Shown: piece by piece, positions 20,848 through 29,450 of the stretch
How the letters are laid out: each line of letters opens with the position of its first letter
How positions within the stretch are numbered: position 1 is the first letter of the stretch
Assembly: GCA_913040915.1 (NCBI GenBank)
Contig: CAJWHW010000006.1
Span: 1-64,000 of the forward strand
Length of the DNA stretch: 64,000 nt
DNA from: an uncultured Fidelibacterota bacterium
GTDB lineage: Bacteria > Fidelibacterota > Marinisomatia > Marinisomatales > UBA1611
Reading direction: 5' to 3'
Notes under the pieces: model-generated
The model's database searches: none
The model's input: only the letters and a program-made list of their open reading frames with translations
Told to the model about the DNA's origin: nothing
Translations under genes and position numbers: made by a program

Positions 20848-20890
20848 AAAAAAAAAGCCTCGTCCCTTGAATAAGCCAAAGGATAAGGCT
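20848..20890 (-). terminator. Intrinsic terminator downstream of mdh
   Basis: Minus strand AGCCTTATCCTTTG-loop-CAAGGGACGAGGCT followed by a T-run. Confidence 0.8.
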
Positions 20891-20933
20891 AATAAAAAAT
20901 TAAGGAGCTTGGTGCCCTCTGTGTTTGTTTTTT

Positions 20934-21869
20934 TTACAATCCTGTTTCAGCAACAGTCTTTTTTACAGCATCCAGAGTATTATTCAATTCAGCTTTTTCA
21001 CCATCGGTCAAATTGAATTCTAATACTTTTTCTACACCACCAGCACCAATTACTGTAGGCACACCGATGAAATATCCATCAATACCAAATTCACCTTCGC
21101 AAAGAGAAGCACATGGAATGACACGTTTTTTATCTCTAATGTAAGACTCCGCCATTTCAATTGCCGATTGGGCTGGGGCATAAAAAGCAGACCCATTTCC
21201 AAATAATTTAACAATTTCTCCGCCGGCGACACGAGTCCTATCTTCAATCTCAATCAATCGCTCAGGAGAAATTAAATCTGTTATAGGAACGCCGCCGATT
21301 GTCGCCAACCTAGAAACAGGTACCATAGTGTCACCATGCCCTCCCAAAACCATACATGTTACATCCTGTACAGAATATCCTGTTTCCATGGCAATAAAGG
21401 TTCTAAAACGAGAGCTGTCTAGCGCACCAGCCATTCCAACTACTTGATTTTTAGGAAATCCAGATACTTTATGGAATGCATAAACCATTGCATCTAATGG
21501 GTTTGAAATAACAATTACAAATGCGTTAGGAGCCTGATCTTTAATATTGGTGGCAACATCTTTCATAATCCCTAGATTGATTTCTAACAGGTCTTCACGA
21601 TCCATTCCGGGCTTTCTGGGGATTCCAGCAGTGATAATAAAAACATCTGAACTCTTTACATCATTCCAATCAGACGTTCCTTTGATATTTGCATCATGGC
21701 CGTCATGAGGACGAAGCTGCATAAGATCCAGCGCTTTTCCTTTTACCATACCTTCAGCTTTTGGAATGTCAAAGATGATCACATCGCCCAATTCTTTTTG
21801 AGCAGCGAGGAGGGCAAGGTTTCCACCAATTTGTCCTCCACCGATTAGCGTTATTTTTTTCCGTGACAT
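20934..21869 (-). CDS. mdh: Malate dehydrogenase (LDH-like type)
   Basis: GGGQIG, TAGIPRKPGMDREDL, SNPLD, LDSSRF, GGHGD, GSAFYAP. Confidence 0.95.
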   Translation of the reverse strand: MSRKKITLIGGGQIGGNLALLAAQKELGDVIIFDIPKAEGMVKGKALDLMQLRPHDGHDANIKGTSDWNDVKSSDVFIITAGIPRKPGMDREDLLEINLGIMKDVATNIKDQAPNAFVIVISNPLDAMVYAFHKVSGFPKNQVVGMAGALDSSRFRTFIAMETGYSVQDVTCMVLGGHGDTMVPVSRLATIGGVPITDLISPERLIEIEDRTRVAGGEIVKLFGNGSAFYAPAQSAIEMAESYIRDKKRVIPCASLCEGEFGIDGYFIGVPTVIGAGGVEKVLEFNLTDGEKAELNNTLDAVKKTVAETGL

Positions 21870-21886
21870 TATTAATCCTATTCTTT

Positions 21887-21918
21887 AAAACAAAAACCCC
21901 CCGAATTCCGGAGGGTTT
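21887..21918 (-). terminator. Intrinsic terminator after rpmA
   Basis: Minus strand AAACCCTCCGG-AAT-TCGGGGGGTTT followed by TTGTTTT. Confidence 0.75.
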
Positions 21919-21926
21919 AGATATTA

Positions 21927-22181
21927 TTATTCAGCGATCACCGTTACAATTTTTCGGTCTCGACCTTTTCGGCGAAACTTGACAATGCCATTTGCTGTGG
22001 CAAAAAGAGAATCATCATTGGCGCGCCTGACATTCATACCCGGATGAATTTTAGTTCCACGTTGTTTTAAAATAATTGTCCCAGCTAAAATAGACTGACC
22101 GTCCGCTACTTTTAATCCAAGATAACTTGGATTCGAATCACGACCGTTTCTGGAACTCCCTTGTCCTTTCTTATGGGCCAT
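21927..22181 (-). CDS. rpmA: 50S ribosomal protein L27
   Basis: [25 protein letters not shown]. Confidence 0.98.
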   Translation of the reverse strand: MAHKKGQGSSRNGRDSNPSYLGLKVADGQSILAGTIILKQRGTKIHPGMNVRRANDDSLFATANGIVKFRRKGRDRKIVTVIAE

Positions 22182-22184
22182 AAT

Positions 22185-22570
22185 TTATTCCTCTTCCTGT
22201 ACTGAATTCTCTACCGCAGATACTTCCTTTTTGGGAGTAGCTTTTTTTGTTTTTAAAGTAGATGCCTTAATTTTTTGAAATTCAACTTCAGTAAACCATT
22301 GCCTGTGGCCATTTTCCGCTGATACCCTTTACGTCGTTTTTTCTTGTAAATAAGAATCTTCCGTTCCCGACCATGATCGATCAAAGTCGCTGTTACGGAT
22401 GCACCAGAAACATTGGGAGTACCAATTTGAGTACTTGTTCCATTATGGACAAGTAAAACATTGTCAAAGGTTAATTTAGCGCCAGTATCGCCTTTTTGAT
22501 GTGGAACACGGACACGTGCCCCTTCAGTAACCTTAACTTGTTTTCCAGATATATTAACAATAGCATACAT
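22185..22570 (-). CDS. rplU: 50S ribosomal protein L21, with an apparent 1-nt frameshift at 22312-22315
   Basis: MYAIV…GKQ…KKKRRKGYQRK; one extra A restores NGHRQWFTEVEF and a 128-aa ORF ending at TAA 22185. Confidence 0.93.
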
Positions 22571-22599
22571 TTTTGTTCTCCAAAAAGCCGGCGAATTTA

Positions 22600-24147
22600 C
22601 TAGGTGGCTCCTTCCTTTTCAAGACTCATTTCATGTGTAACGTCTACACCATCTTTTGTTTTTAAAAAGCGAAATTCATCTCGGGCAAGTTCAATATTCT
22701 CTTCTATTCTTAAATGTACAAAATTTTGCCACATGAGTCCGCGAAGTATATGTTTTTTCTCTCCACTTAAATATTCTGCATTTTGCGGATGAAGTTGTAA
22801 TTTAAGACGAAGAGAGCGATGTTTACTTTTATATCTTCTTAGCCAATGGTCAATTCTAGTCACCAACGTTTCTTGAGAAATAATTCTTCCAGAACCATAA
22901 CAGGTTGGGCACTCTTCGCTCATAGAATCTAGTAAACTCAGGCGTATACGCTGCCTAGTCATTTCCAATAATCCGAATTCCGTGATTGGTGCTATGGCAA
23001 CTTTAGCACGATCTTTCCTTAATTCTTTTCTCAATTCATGATAAACTTTTTTCCTGTTCTCATCAAATTTCATATCGATAAAATCTATGACAATTAAGCC
23101 AGATAGATCTCTAAGACGAAGTTGGCGGGCGACTTCTCTCGCCGCTTCAACATTAATCTTAAGTGAATTTTCCTCATGAAGTTTTTTACCGATGAAACGT
23201 CCACTATTTACGTCCACTACAACCATGGCTTCTGTTTTTTCTATAATGAGATATGCTCCACTTTTGAGCCACACTTTAGGACGCATGAGCTTTTCAATTT
23301 CGGACTCAATTCCAAAACTTTCAAAAAGGGGCGCTTTCAATTTATAAAGATCTAACCGTTCCAGTAGACTTGGTGAAATATCTTCTAAGTAAAGCTGTGT
23401 TTTCCGGTACAATCGTTTCGAATCAATAATAATTTTTTCGACATCAGGTGTTAATAAATCTCTAACTACACTAGAAGCTGTTTCCAAATCTTCATAAACC
23501 AAAACTGGAGAATCGTCGCGGTCTGCTTTCTTTTCAATTCTGTACCAGGTATCCAATAATTGATTAAAATCATTTTCAATATGATCTTCAGATTTACCTT
23601 CAGCGACTGTTCTAATAATTACCCCAATATTTTCTTCACGTAATCTCTGGGCAATTTTTTTCAAACGCCGGCGTTCATATTTATCCCATATCTTTTTGGA
23701 AATACCAATATAACTGGCATTTGGTACTAATACCAATAATCTTCCTGGTAGAGCAACCTCCGTGGTAACTCTGGGGCCTTTTCCAGCAAATGGTTCTTTG
23801 ATTATCTGAACGTAAATTTCTTGATCTTTTTTGAGATCAACTTCTATATTATCATGTTTTTGATTATGATTTCTGGAGTTACGATTACGTTTATTTGATT
23901 GTTCTTCAATAATAAAATCAGAGTTTCCAATTTCTGAAAATGGGAGGAATGCATTTAAATCATAACCAACGTCCACAAAAGCAGCCTGCATACCTGGAAG
24001 TACATTTTCAACCTTCCCTTTATATATATTACCAACCATTCGGTGTTTATCCTGTTTTTCAACATATACTTCTACAAGTTGACTATCTTCCTGAATAGCA
24101 ATTCGAGTTTCCCCCATACTTTCATTGATAAAGATTTCCTTCTTCAT
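22600..24147 (-). CDS. Ribonuclease E/G family (catalytic domain only)
   Basis: Likely start ATG 24147 (MKKEIFINES); GNIYKGKV, AAFVD, DVNSG, LRLRDLSGLIVIDFIDM, CPTCYG. Confidence 0.93.
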   Translation of the reverse strand: MKKEIFINESMGETRIAIQEDSQLVEVYVEKQDKHRMVGNIYKGKVENVLPGMQAAFVDVGYDLNAFLPFSEIGNSDFIIEEQSNKRNRNSRNHNQKHDNIEVDLKKDQEIYVQIIKEPFAGKGPRVTTEVALPGRLLVLVPNASYIGISKKIWDKYERRRLKKIAQRLREENIGVIIRTVAEGKSEDHIENDFNQLLDTWYRIEKKADRDDSPVLVYEDLETASSVVRDLLTPDVEKIIIDSKRLYRKTQLYLEDISPSLLERLDLYKLKAPLFESFGIESEIEKLMRPKVWLKSGAYLIIEKTEAMVVVDVNSGRFIGKKLHEENSLKINVEAAREVARQLRLRDLSGLIVIDFIDMKFDENRKKVYHELRKELRKDRAKVAIAPITEFGLLEMTRQRIRLSLLDSMSEECPTCYGSGRIISQETLVTRIDHWLRRYKSKHRSLRLKLQLHPQNAEYLSGEKKHILRGLMWQNFVHLRIEENIELARDEFRFLKTKDGVDVTHEMSLEKEGAT

Positions 24148-24166
24148 ATAATACCTAATATAATAG

Positions 24167-24374
24167 ACGATCTTGGTATGTGTGTAGAACTGACCAACCG
24201 GGATAAGGGTCCCGGGTTTCATCTAACAAGATCGTACCGTTTTTTTGTTCTTTTCGAGGGGCTTAAGAAGGAAGGAAAATTTTGGCCCTTTCCAGGGTGA
24301 TATAAATCGTGTCAATTCCGTCAAAAAAAATAATAAAACTTTGTCATCCTTCGCGTCCCATACTCACAGTAAAA
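24167..24374 (-). promoter_or_regulatory. Long structured 5' leader of the RNase E/G gene
   Basis: 9-bp inverted repeat ACGATCTTG (24167-24175)/CAAGATCGT (24227-24235) enclosing a CCGGGA/TCCCGG hairpin; GC-enriched for an intergenic region. Confidence 0.5.
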
Positions 24375-24380
24375 TACGGA

Positions 24381-24409
24381 ATTATATTCACTCTAACAAA
24401 GAATATAAA
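24381..24409 (-). promoter_or_regulatory. Candidate sigma70 promoter for rne/rng-rplU-rpmA
   Basis: Minus strand TTTATA-17 nt-TATAAT; AT-rich background lowers specificity. Confidence 0.4.
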
Positions 24410-24466
24410 CCGTAATGATGTATTAAATTATGATCATATTCTTATTCAGAAATAATTGGTTTTAAT

Positions 24467-25087
24467 ATGAAAAATCTGGTAATCATTGGAATTTTTAGTG
24501 TAATTGTTTTAGGTCAGTCTAGAAAAGGGAATATCGGTATTTGTACCCAATCAATTGGTGATATAAAACGTAAAGGTGATTTTAGAAGTGGTCAAATCAG
24601 GAAGGGAGAATCTATTTATTACGGAGATAAAATAACAACAAGTTCGAATGCATTTATTTCAATTCTTATTTTAGAAGACAGAAGTCAAATAAAGTTATTT
24701 GAGAATTCTATTGTGAAAATATTCAGGAATGAAAGGGAAAAAACACCGAAAACTGCAATAGCAGTATTTGGCGGAAGATTAAGTGCAGAAATAAATAAAA
24801 AGGGGAATAGGGAGTTTATAGTTAATACGCCCAGTTCTATTGTTTCTGTCATAGGAACTAACTTTTTTGTAGAACATCGTCCGATTGGCCATGGTCAACT
24901 ATTTCAAAAAGGGGTGGCTGATTGTGTTTTTTCTGTAATTACGGGATCACTAAAGGTTGAAAATAAAACATCCGGGAAATTAGTATATGTGAATAATGGA
25001 AAAACGCTTATTTCCACTTCTATGGGTGGCTTCAAACTTTTTGAAACAACTAAAGATTTCTTAATCCATTTTAAGGAGCCAAATTGA
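24467..25087 (+). CDS. FecR-domain exported protein
   Basis: GDKITT, DRSQIKLFENS, GRL, FIVNTPSSIVSVIGTNF, VITGSLKV. Confidence 0.75.
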   Translation: MKNLVIIGIFSVIVLGQSRKGNIGICTQSIGDIKRKGDFRSGQIRKGESIYYGDKITTSSNAFISILILEDRSQIKLFENSIVKIFRNEREKTPKTAIAVFGGRLSAEINKKGNREFIVNTPSSIVSVIGTNFFVEHRPIGHGQLFQKGVADCVFSVITGSLKVENKTSGKLVYVNNGKTLISTSMGGFKLFETTKDFLIHFKEPN

Positions 25088-25090
25088 TAT

Positions 25091-25789
25091 ATGAATGAAA
25101 TAGGGCAGATCATAGCTATTGGGGGCGGTGGGTTTGGAAGGAATCCAAACCATCAAAAAATTGAAAAATACATTTTAAGTTTTACTAGAAAAGACAATCC
25201 TAATATTGTATTTATCCCTACAGCCAGCGCAGATGATAAGGGATACATTGTTAATTTTTATTCTTGTTTCTCAAAACTTAATTGTAATCCAAGCCATATC
25301 ACTTTTTTTCAGCGTACACCAAGATTAGATAGTATAGTGAACAAAGCCGATGTGATTTATGTGGGTGGCGGTAATACAAAAAGTATGTTAGCCGTTTGGC
25401 GGGAATGGAAACTTGATCAATTATTATTAAAAGCTTATCACAGAGGAAAAATTTTATGCGGTGTAAGTGCAGGGGCAATATGTTGGTTTGAGCAGGTAAT
25501 TACTGATTCTTGGGCAAGTAATTTAAACGTTATGGACGGTTTAGGTTTCTTACCTGATATGGCCTGCCCTCATTATCAGGAAGAGACTGATCGACGTCCC
25601 ACTCTACATAATATGTTAAAAAATGAGAAATGTAGATCTGGCTGGGCCATTGATGGTGGCGCTGCCGTTCATTTCAAAAAAGGAAATTATTTTCGTTCGA
25701 TCCAATTTTACCCTAATTCTTATGTTTACTATGTTTCAGTCCAAAACAAAAAAGTGGTTGAAGATCAAAAAGAGATGTTTATTATTTAA
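25091..25789 (+). CDS. Peptidase E (S51 family)
   Basis: IGGG, FIPTAS, YVGGGNT, GVSAGA (Ser nucleophile), CPHY. Confidence 0.88.
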   Translation: MNEIGQIIAIGGGGFGRNPNHQKIEKYILSFTRKDNPNIVFIPTASADDKGYIVNFYSCFSKLNCNPSHITFFQRTPRLDSIVNKADVIYVGGGNTKSMLAVWREWKLDQLLLKAYHRGKILCGVSAGAICWFEQVITDSWASNLNVMDGLGFLPDMACPHYQEETDRRPTLHNMLKNEKCRSGWAIDGGAAVHFKKGNYFRSIQFYPNSYVYYVSVQNKKVVEDQKEMFII

Positions 25790-26388
25790 TGAAGGATGTC
25801 AGTCATCCCGACTTTTGGGAAAATATATATCTGGAAGATGATGCAGGATGGGATTTAAAAGGTGTCACTCCTGTTTTTAAACATATTTCAAATGAATTAG
25901 AAAAAGGTTCTGTTTGTTTTATTGGTTGTGGTAGAGGGTATGATGCAGTTCATTTTGCTAAGAAGGGATTCCAGGTTACTGCTGTAGATTTTGCACCAAC
26001 TCCTGTTGCAGATTTATCAACCTTAGCAAAGAAAGAATCAGTCATTCTCACAATAGTTCAGGATGACATATTTTCTTTTCATCAAGCATTTAAATCATCT
26101 TTTGATTTTGTAATCGAGCAAACCTGCTTTTGTGCAATTCAACCAGAAAGAAGGCAGGAATATGAATCAATGGTAAAGTTGATTTTAAAACCACGTGGTT
26201 CATTAATTGGACTATGGTTTCCACTTGATAAAAAATTGGAAGAAGGCGGACCTCCTTGGGGAACAACTATTGAAGAAGTAAAATCAGTTTTTTCTGATGC
26301 CTGGTGCATAAAGAAAGAAGAATTTCCAGAACATTCTATTAACTCCAGAAAGGGTAGGGAAAAATTAATTATTTTTCAAAAATCTTAA
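25789..26388 (+). CDS. TPMT/thiol-halide family SAM methyltransferase
   Basis: FW…Y…GWD, GCGRGYDA, DFAP, EQTCFCAI, GGPPW. Confidence 0.8.
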   Translation: MKDVSHPDFWENIYLEDDAGWDLKGVTPVFKHISNELEKGSVCFIGCGRGYDAVHFAKKGFQVTAVDFAPTPVADLSTLAKKESVILTIVQDDIFSFHQAFKSSFDFVIEQTCFCAIQPERRQEYESMVKLILKPRGSLIGLWFPLDKKLEEGGPPWGTTIEEVKSVFSDAWCIKKEEFPEHSINSRKGREKLIIFQKS

Positions 26389-26531
26389 TATTAGGATTTT
26401 TATTTACTTTAATTATTAAAATTATTTTTAATCTTTTTTTTAATAAAAACATTCGAATATGATTGTTAAAGTGAATAAATAATCCATTGTGATTATCGTC
26501 ATAATGTAAATTATATCATAACTTTCACCCC

Positions 26532-27308
26532 ATGAATTCTGACCTAAAACTTGCAAAAGAAGCTGCGATTGAAGCCGGTGCTCTTATTTTAAATTATTAT
26601 AAATCTGAATATGAAATCCACGATAAAGGATATCATAATCCTGTTACAACAGCTGATTTTGCAGCAGATTCATGCCTCAAAGAAATTCTCAGTGAAGCAC
26701 GCCCTGAATACGGTTGGTTATCTGAAGAAACAGTAGACTCTTCCATACGATTACAGAGAGACCGTATATGGGTGGTGGACCCACTTGATGGTACCAAAGA
26801 ATTTGTAGAAGGTGTGCCTCATTTTGTGGTGAGCGTTGCCTGTGTGGAGAATGGAATACCCATTGTGGGTGTTTTATTCAATCCAGTGACAAAAGAAATA
26901 TTTTCTGCTGCCAAGGATGAAGGAGCTTTCTTAAATGATAAACCAATCCGATGTGTAGTAAAAGAACATTTAAACGAAATGGTAATTCTAAATAGTCGGT
27001 CTGAGACACGCCGGGGATTGTGGGAGCCATATGACACTGTATTTGGTGAATTAAGAGCTGTGGGCTCAGTGGCTTATAAATTAGGACTTACTGCAGCAGG
27101 ACAGGCAGATATCTTTGCATCGCTCTGTCCCAAAAATGAATGGGATATTTGTGCCGGGAATTGCATTATAAACGAAGCAGGGGGAAAACTTATCGATCTC
27201 TATGGCTACCCTCGAAAGTATAATTCTAAAAACCCATTAATAGAGTCGGGTCTAATTGCTGGAAGTGTGGAAGCAGTTGATAAAACATTTCAAGTGTTAA
27301 GAAAATGA
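26532..27308 (+). CDS. Inositol-monophosphatase family, CysQ-like 3'(2'),5'-bisphosphate nucleotidase
   Basis: PVTTAD, LSEE, VDPLDGTKEF, EWD. Confidence 0.8.
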   Translation: MNSDLKLAKEAAIEAGALILNYYKSEYEIHDKGYHNPVTTADFAADSCLKEILSEARPEYGWLSEETVDSSIRLQRDRIWVVDPLDGTKEFVEGVPHFVVSVACVENGIPIVGVLFNPVTKEIFSAAKDEGAFLNDKPIRCVVKEHLNEMVILNSRSETRRGLWEPYDTVFGELRAVGSVAYKLGLTAAGQADIFASLCPKNEWDICAGNCIINEAGGKLIDLYGYPRKYNSKNPLIESGLIAGSVEAVDKTFQVLRK

Positions 27309-27352
27309 AGTGTTTATTTGTCTTCAGTGCTATACTTTTTCTATGGTAAAAT

Positions 27353-27991
27353 ATGAACTTTACTACTGAAGATATTGAGCAATATTGTAAATCCTATTCA
27401 TTGGATGATTCGGATTTACTGAAAGAGCTTTCTCAAAAAACTTGGGAGACTGAGGATGTCCCTCAAATGCTTTGTGGTTCATTAGTAGGTGGGCTGCTTC
27501 AAATGTTGGTGAAAATTTCCGGTGCAAAACGAATTCTGGAAGTAGGGATGTTCACTGGTTATTCCACGTTGAAAATGGCTGAAGCATTACCTGATGATGG
27601 TGAGATCCATTCCTGTGAACTTATGAAAAAACATGTGCAAACTTCCAAGAGCTGGTTTGAAAAATCAGATGTTAAGCATAAAATTCAAATCCATCAAGGT
27701 CCTGCAGTGCAATCACTGGAAAATTTTAAAGTAGGCACCTTTGATATGATGTTTGTGGATGCGGATAAGGTTTCTTATCCGGAATATTACAAAAAGGGGA
27801 ATGCCTTACTTAAACCGGGAGGCGTAGCTGTATTAGATAATATGCTTTGGCATGGTTCGGTGTTACGTCCAAATGATGATGATGCTAGGGCCCTGAAAGA
27901 TACTGCCGAAATGATAAAAAACAATCATAGATTAGAACCCTTGCTTTTACCAGTTAGGGATGGAGTCATGATCTATCGTAAAGTGAATTAG
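27353..27991 (+). CDS. Cation-dependent O-methyltransferase (Methyltransf_3)
   Basis: LEVGMFTGYS, FVDADK, LDNMLW, RDG. Confidence 0.88.
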   Translation: MNFTTEDIEQYCKSYSLDDSDLLKELSQKTWETEDVPQMLCGSLVGGLLQMLVKISGAKRILEVGMFTGYSTLKMAEALPDDGEIHSCELMKKHVQTSKSWFEKSDVKHKIQIHQGPAVQSLENFKVGTFDMMFVDADKVSYPEYYKKGNALLKPGGVAVLDNMLWHGSVLRPNDDDARALKDTAEMIKNNHRLEPLLLPVRDGVMIYRKVN

Positions 27992-28000
27992 AAAATTGAA

Positions 28001-28963
28001 ATGACACAAATACCAGATGATGCAATCAAATGTCTAGATAAGGGGTTTGTACGGCTCGTGGATTCTATGGGTGGAGATAATGCCATTGTACAGGCAGCCC
28101 GGGTCAGTTATGGAAAAGGTACTAGTAAGTTATCTCAGGATCGTGGGCTTATCCGCTATCTTATGCGTCATCGACATACCACTCCTTTTGAAATGGTAGA
28201 ATTTAAATTTCATTGTAAAATGCCCATTTTTGTTGCTCGTCAGTGGGTGCGCCACCGTACCGCCAACATCAATGAATATTCCCTTCGCTATTCAGAAGCT
28301 AGGGATGAATTTTATTATCCTGATCCGAAGCATATTCAATTTCAATCTGGGTTAAATAAGCAAGGTCGTTTGGGTGAAGTTTCGGCGGAGTTGAAGCAAA
28401 AGGTTCAAGATTATTTCAAGGAGATCTCTGAAAAAAGTTTTGCCATGTATTCCGATTTAAATGATGCTGGTGTGGCTCGAGAACTTGCCCGTGCTATTCT
28501 TCCCGTTAATCTTTATACTGAATGGTATTGGAAGAATGATCTTCACAATCTGCTTCATTTTATAGGTCTTCGATCTGATAGCCATGCTCAATATGAGATT
28601 CAGGTATTTTCTGATGCGATGGCAGAATCGGTGAAATCTGTAGCGCCTTTCGCTTGGGAAGCCTATCAGGATTATGTAGTAAAAGGCATGCATTTTTCCC
28701 GCATTGAGCAGGGTCTCCTGGAACAATCTCTCCCAGATCGTATCATCGATGACATTAATGAAGATCTGACTTACCAGCTTATAGCAACTCTTCACCATAA
28801 TAAGCCACGGGAAGATGAAGAACTTTATAATCTTTACCAAAAACAGGGTGGTTCTGATTCAGAAAAGGATTTCCATTTAAAGTGGAACTCAGGTGAAATT
28901 AAGATTGGAAATGTAAGGGAATTGCGTGAATTCAAAGCCAAGCTGGAGAGTCTAAAAAACTAA
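28001..28963 (+). CDS. thyX: Flavin-dependent thymidylate synthase
   Basis: AARVSY, HTTPFE, RQWVRHRTANINEYSLRY, ELARAILP, HAQYEI. Confidence 0.95.
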   Translation: MTQIPDDAIKCLDKGFVRLVDSMGGDNAIVQAARVSYGKGTSKLSQDRGLIRYLMRHRHTTPFEMVEFKFHCKMPIFVARQWVRHRTANINEYSLRYSEARDEFYYPDPKHIQFQSGLNKQGRLGEVSAELKQKVQDYFKEISEKSFAMYSDLNDAGVARELARAILPVNLYTEWYWKNDLHNLLHFIGLRSDSHAQYEIQVFSDAMAESVKSVAPFAWEAYQDYVVKGMHFSRIEQGLLEQSLPDRIIDDINEDLTYQLIATLHHNKPREDEELYNLYQKQGGSDSEKDFHLKWNSGEIKIGNVRELREFKAKLESLKN

Positions 28964-29026
28964 TTTCGGTACCATAACATGGATAGGTGATGAATATTTG
29001 TCTAAATTTTAAGCTCTGTGGTATCT

Positions 29027-29386
29027 ATGACTAATAAAAACGAAGGCCATCCCCATCAGCTGTGGGAAAAGTTCTTAAAAAGTAGTCTAGATAGTTTCTA
29101 TAACTATGAAATTATTGAGTTTCTGTTTACCATTGGTACTCAAAAAAAGACCATAAGCAATTTGGACCAATAAAGACTGCCTTGGAAGCATCCCTTGCAG
29201 ATTTTTAAACATTCGACTCAATGGAGATAACATTTTATTTGGGTTTAAGATAAACCAAGTCAGGATGATATGGCTATAACTAAAAAATTGAAAGAAGGAA
29301 CTCAATCAATAGACATATCAATACATGGTTATTTAATCATTATAGGAAATGATGGTTATTCATTTGTAGAACACTGATTGATTTAG
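29027..29386 (+). pseudogene. radC: Degraded radC (JAB/MPN family) with internal deletion
   Basis: 5' fragment EGHPHQLWEKFLKSSLDSFYNYEIIEFLF; 3' fragment PSQDDMAITKKLKEG…IHGYLIII…YSF; stops, frameshifts and a missing core. Confidence 0.75.
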
Positions 29387-29450
29387 TTGCTGTAAAATTC
29401 ACAATAGTGTATAAATTTTTTAACTTTGATAATATCTTACGTTAATTAAA

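Noticed and set aside
24043..24300. 85-aa plus-strand ORF and the 25-aa N-terminal extension of RNase E/G
   Set aside because: They overlap rne and its hairpin leader; family similarity starts at MKKEIFIN.
24336..24362. GGGACGCGAAG as a c-di-GMP-I riboswitch fragment, or AAAC…CGTC as an ECF promoter for the FecR gene
   Set aside because: The upstream GGCAAA/P2 elements are missing, and the promoter spacing (14 nt) is shorter than usual; too weak to call.
29087..29305. 72-aa minus-strand ORF
   Set aside because: Antisense to the radC remnant, with no motif.
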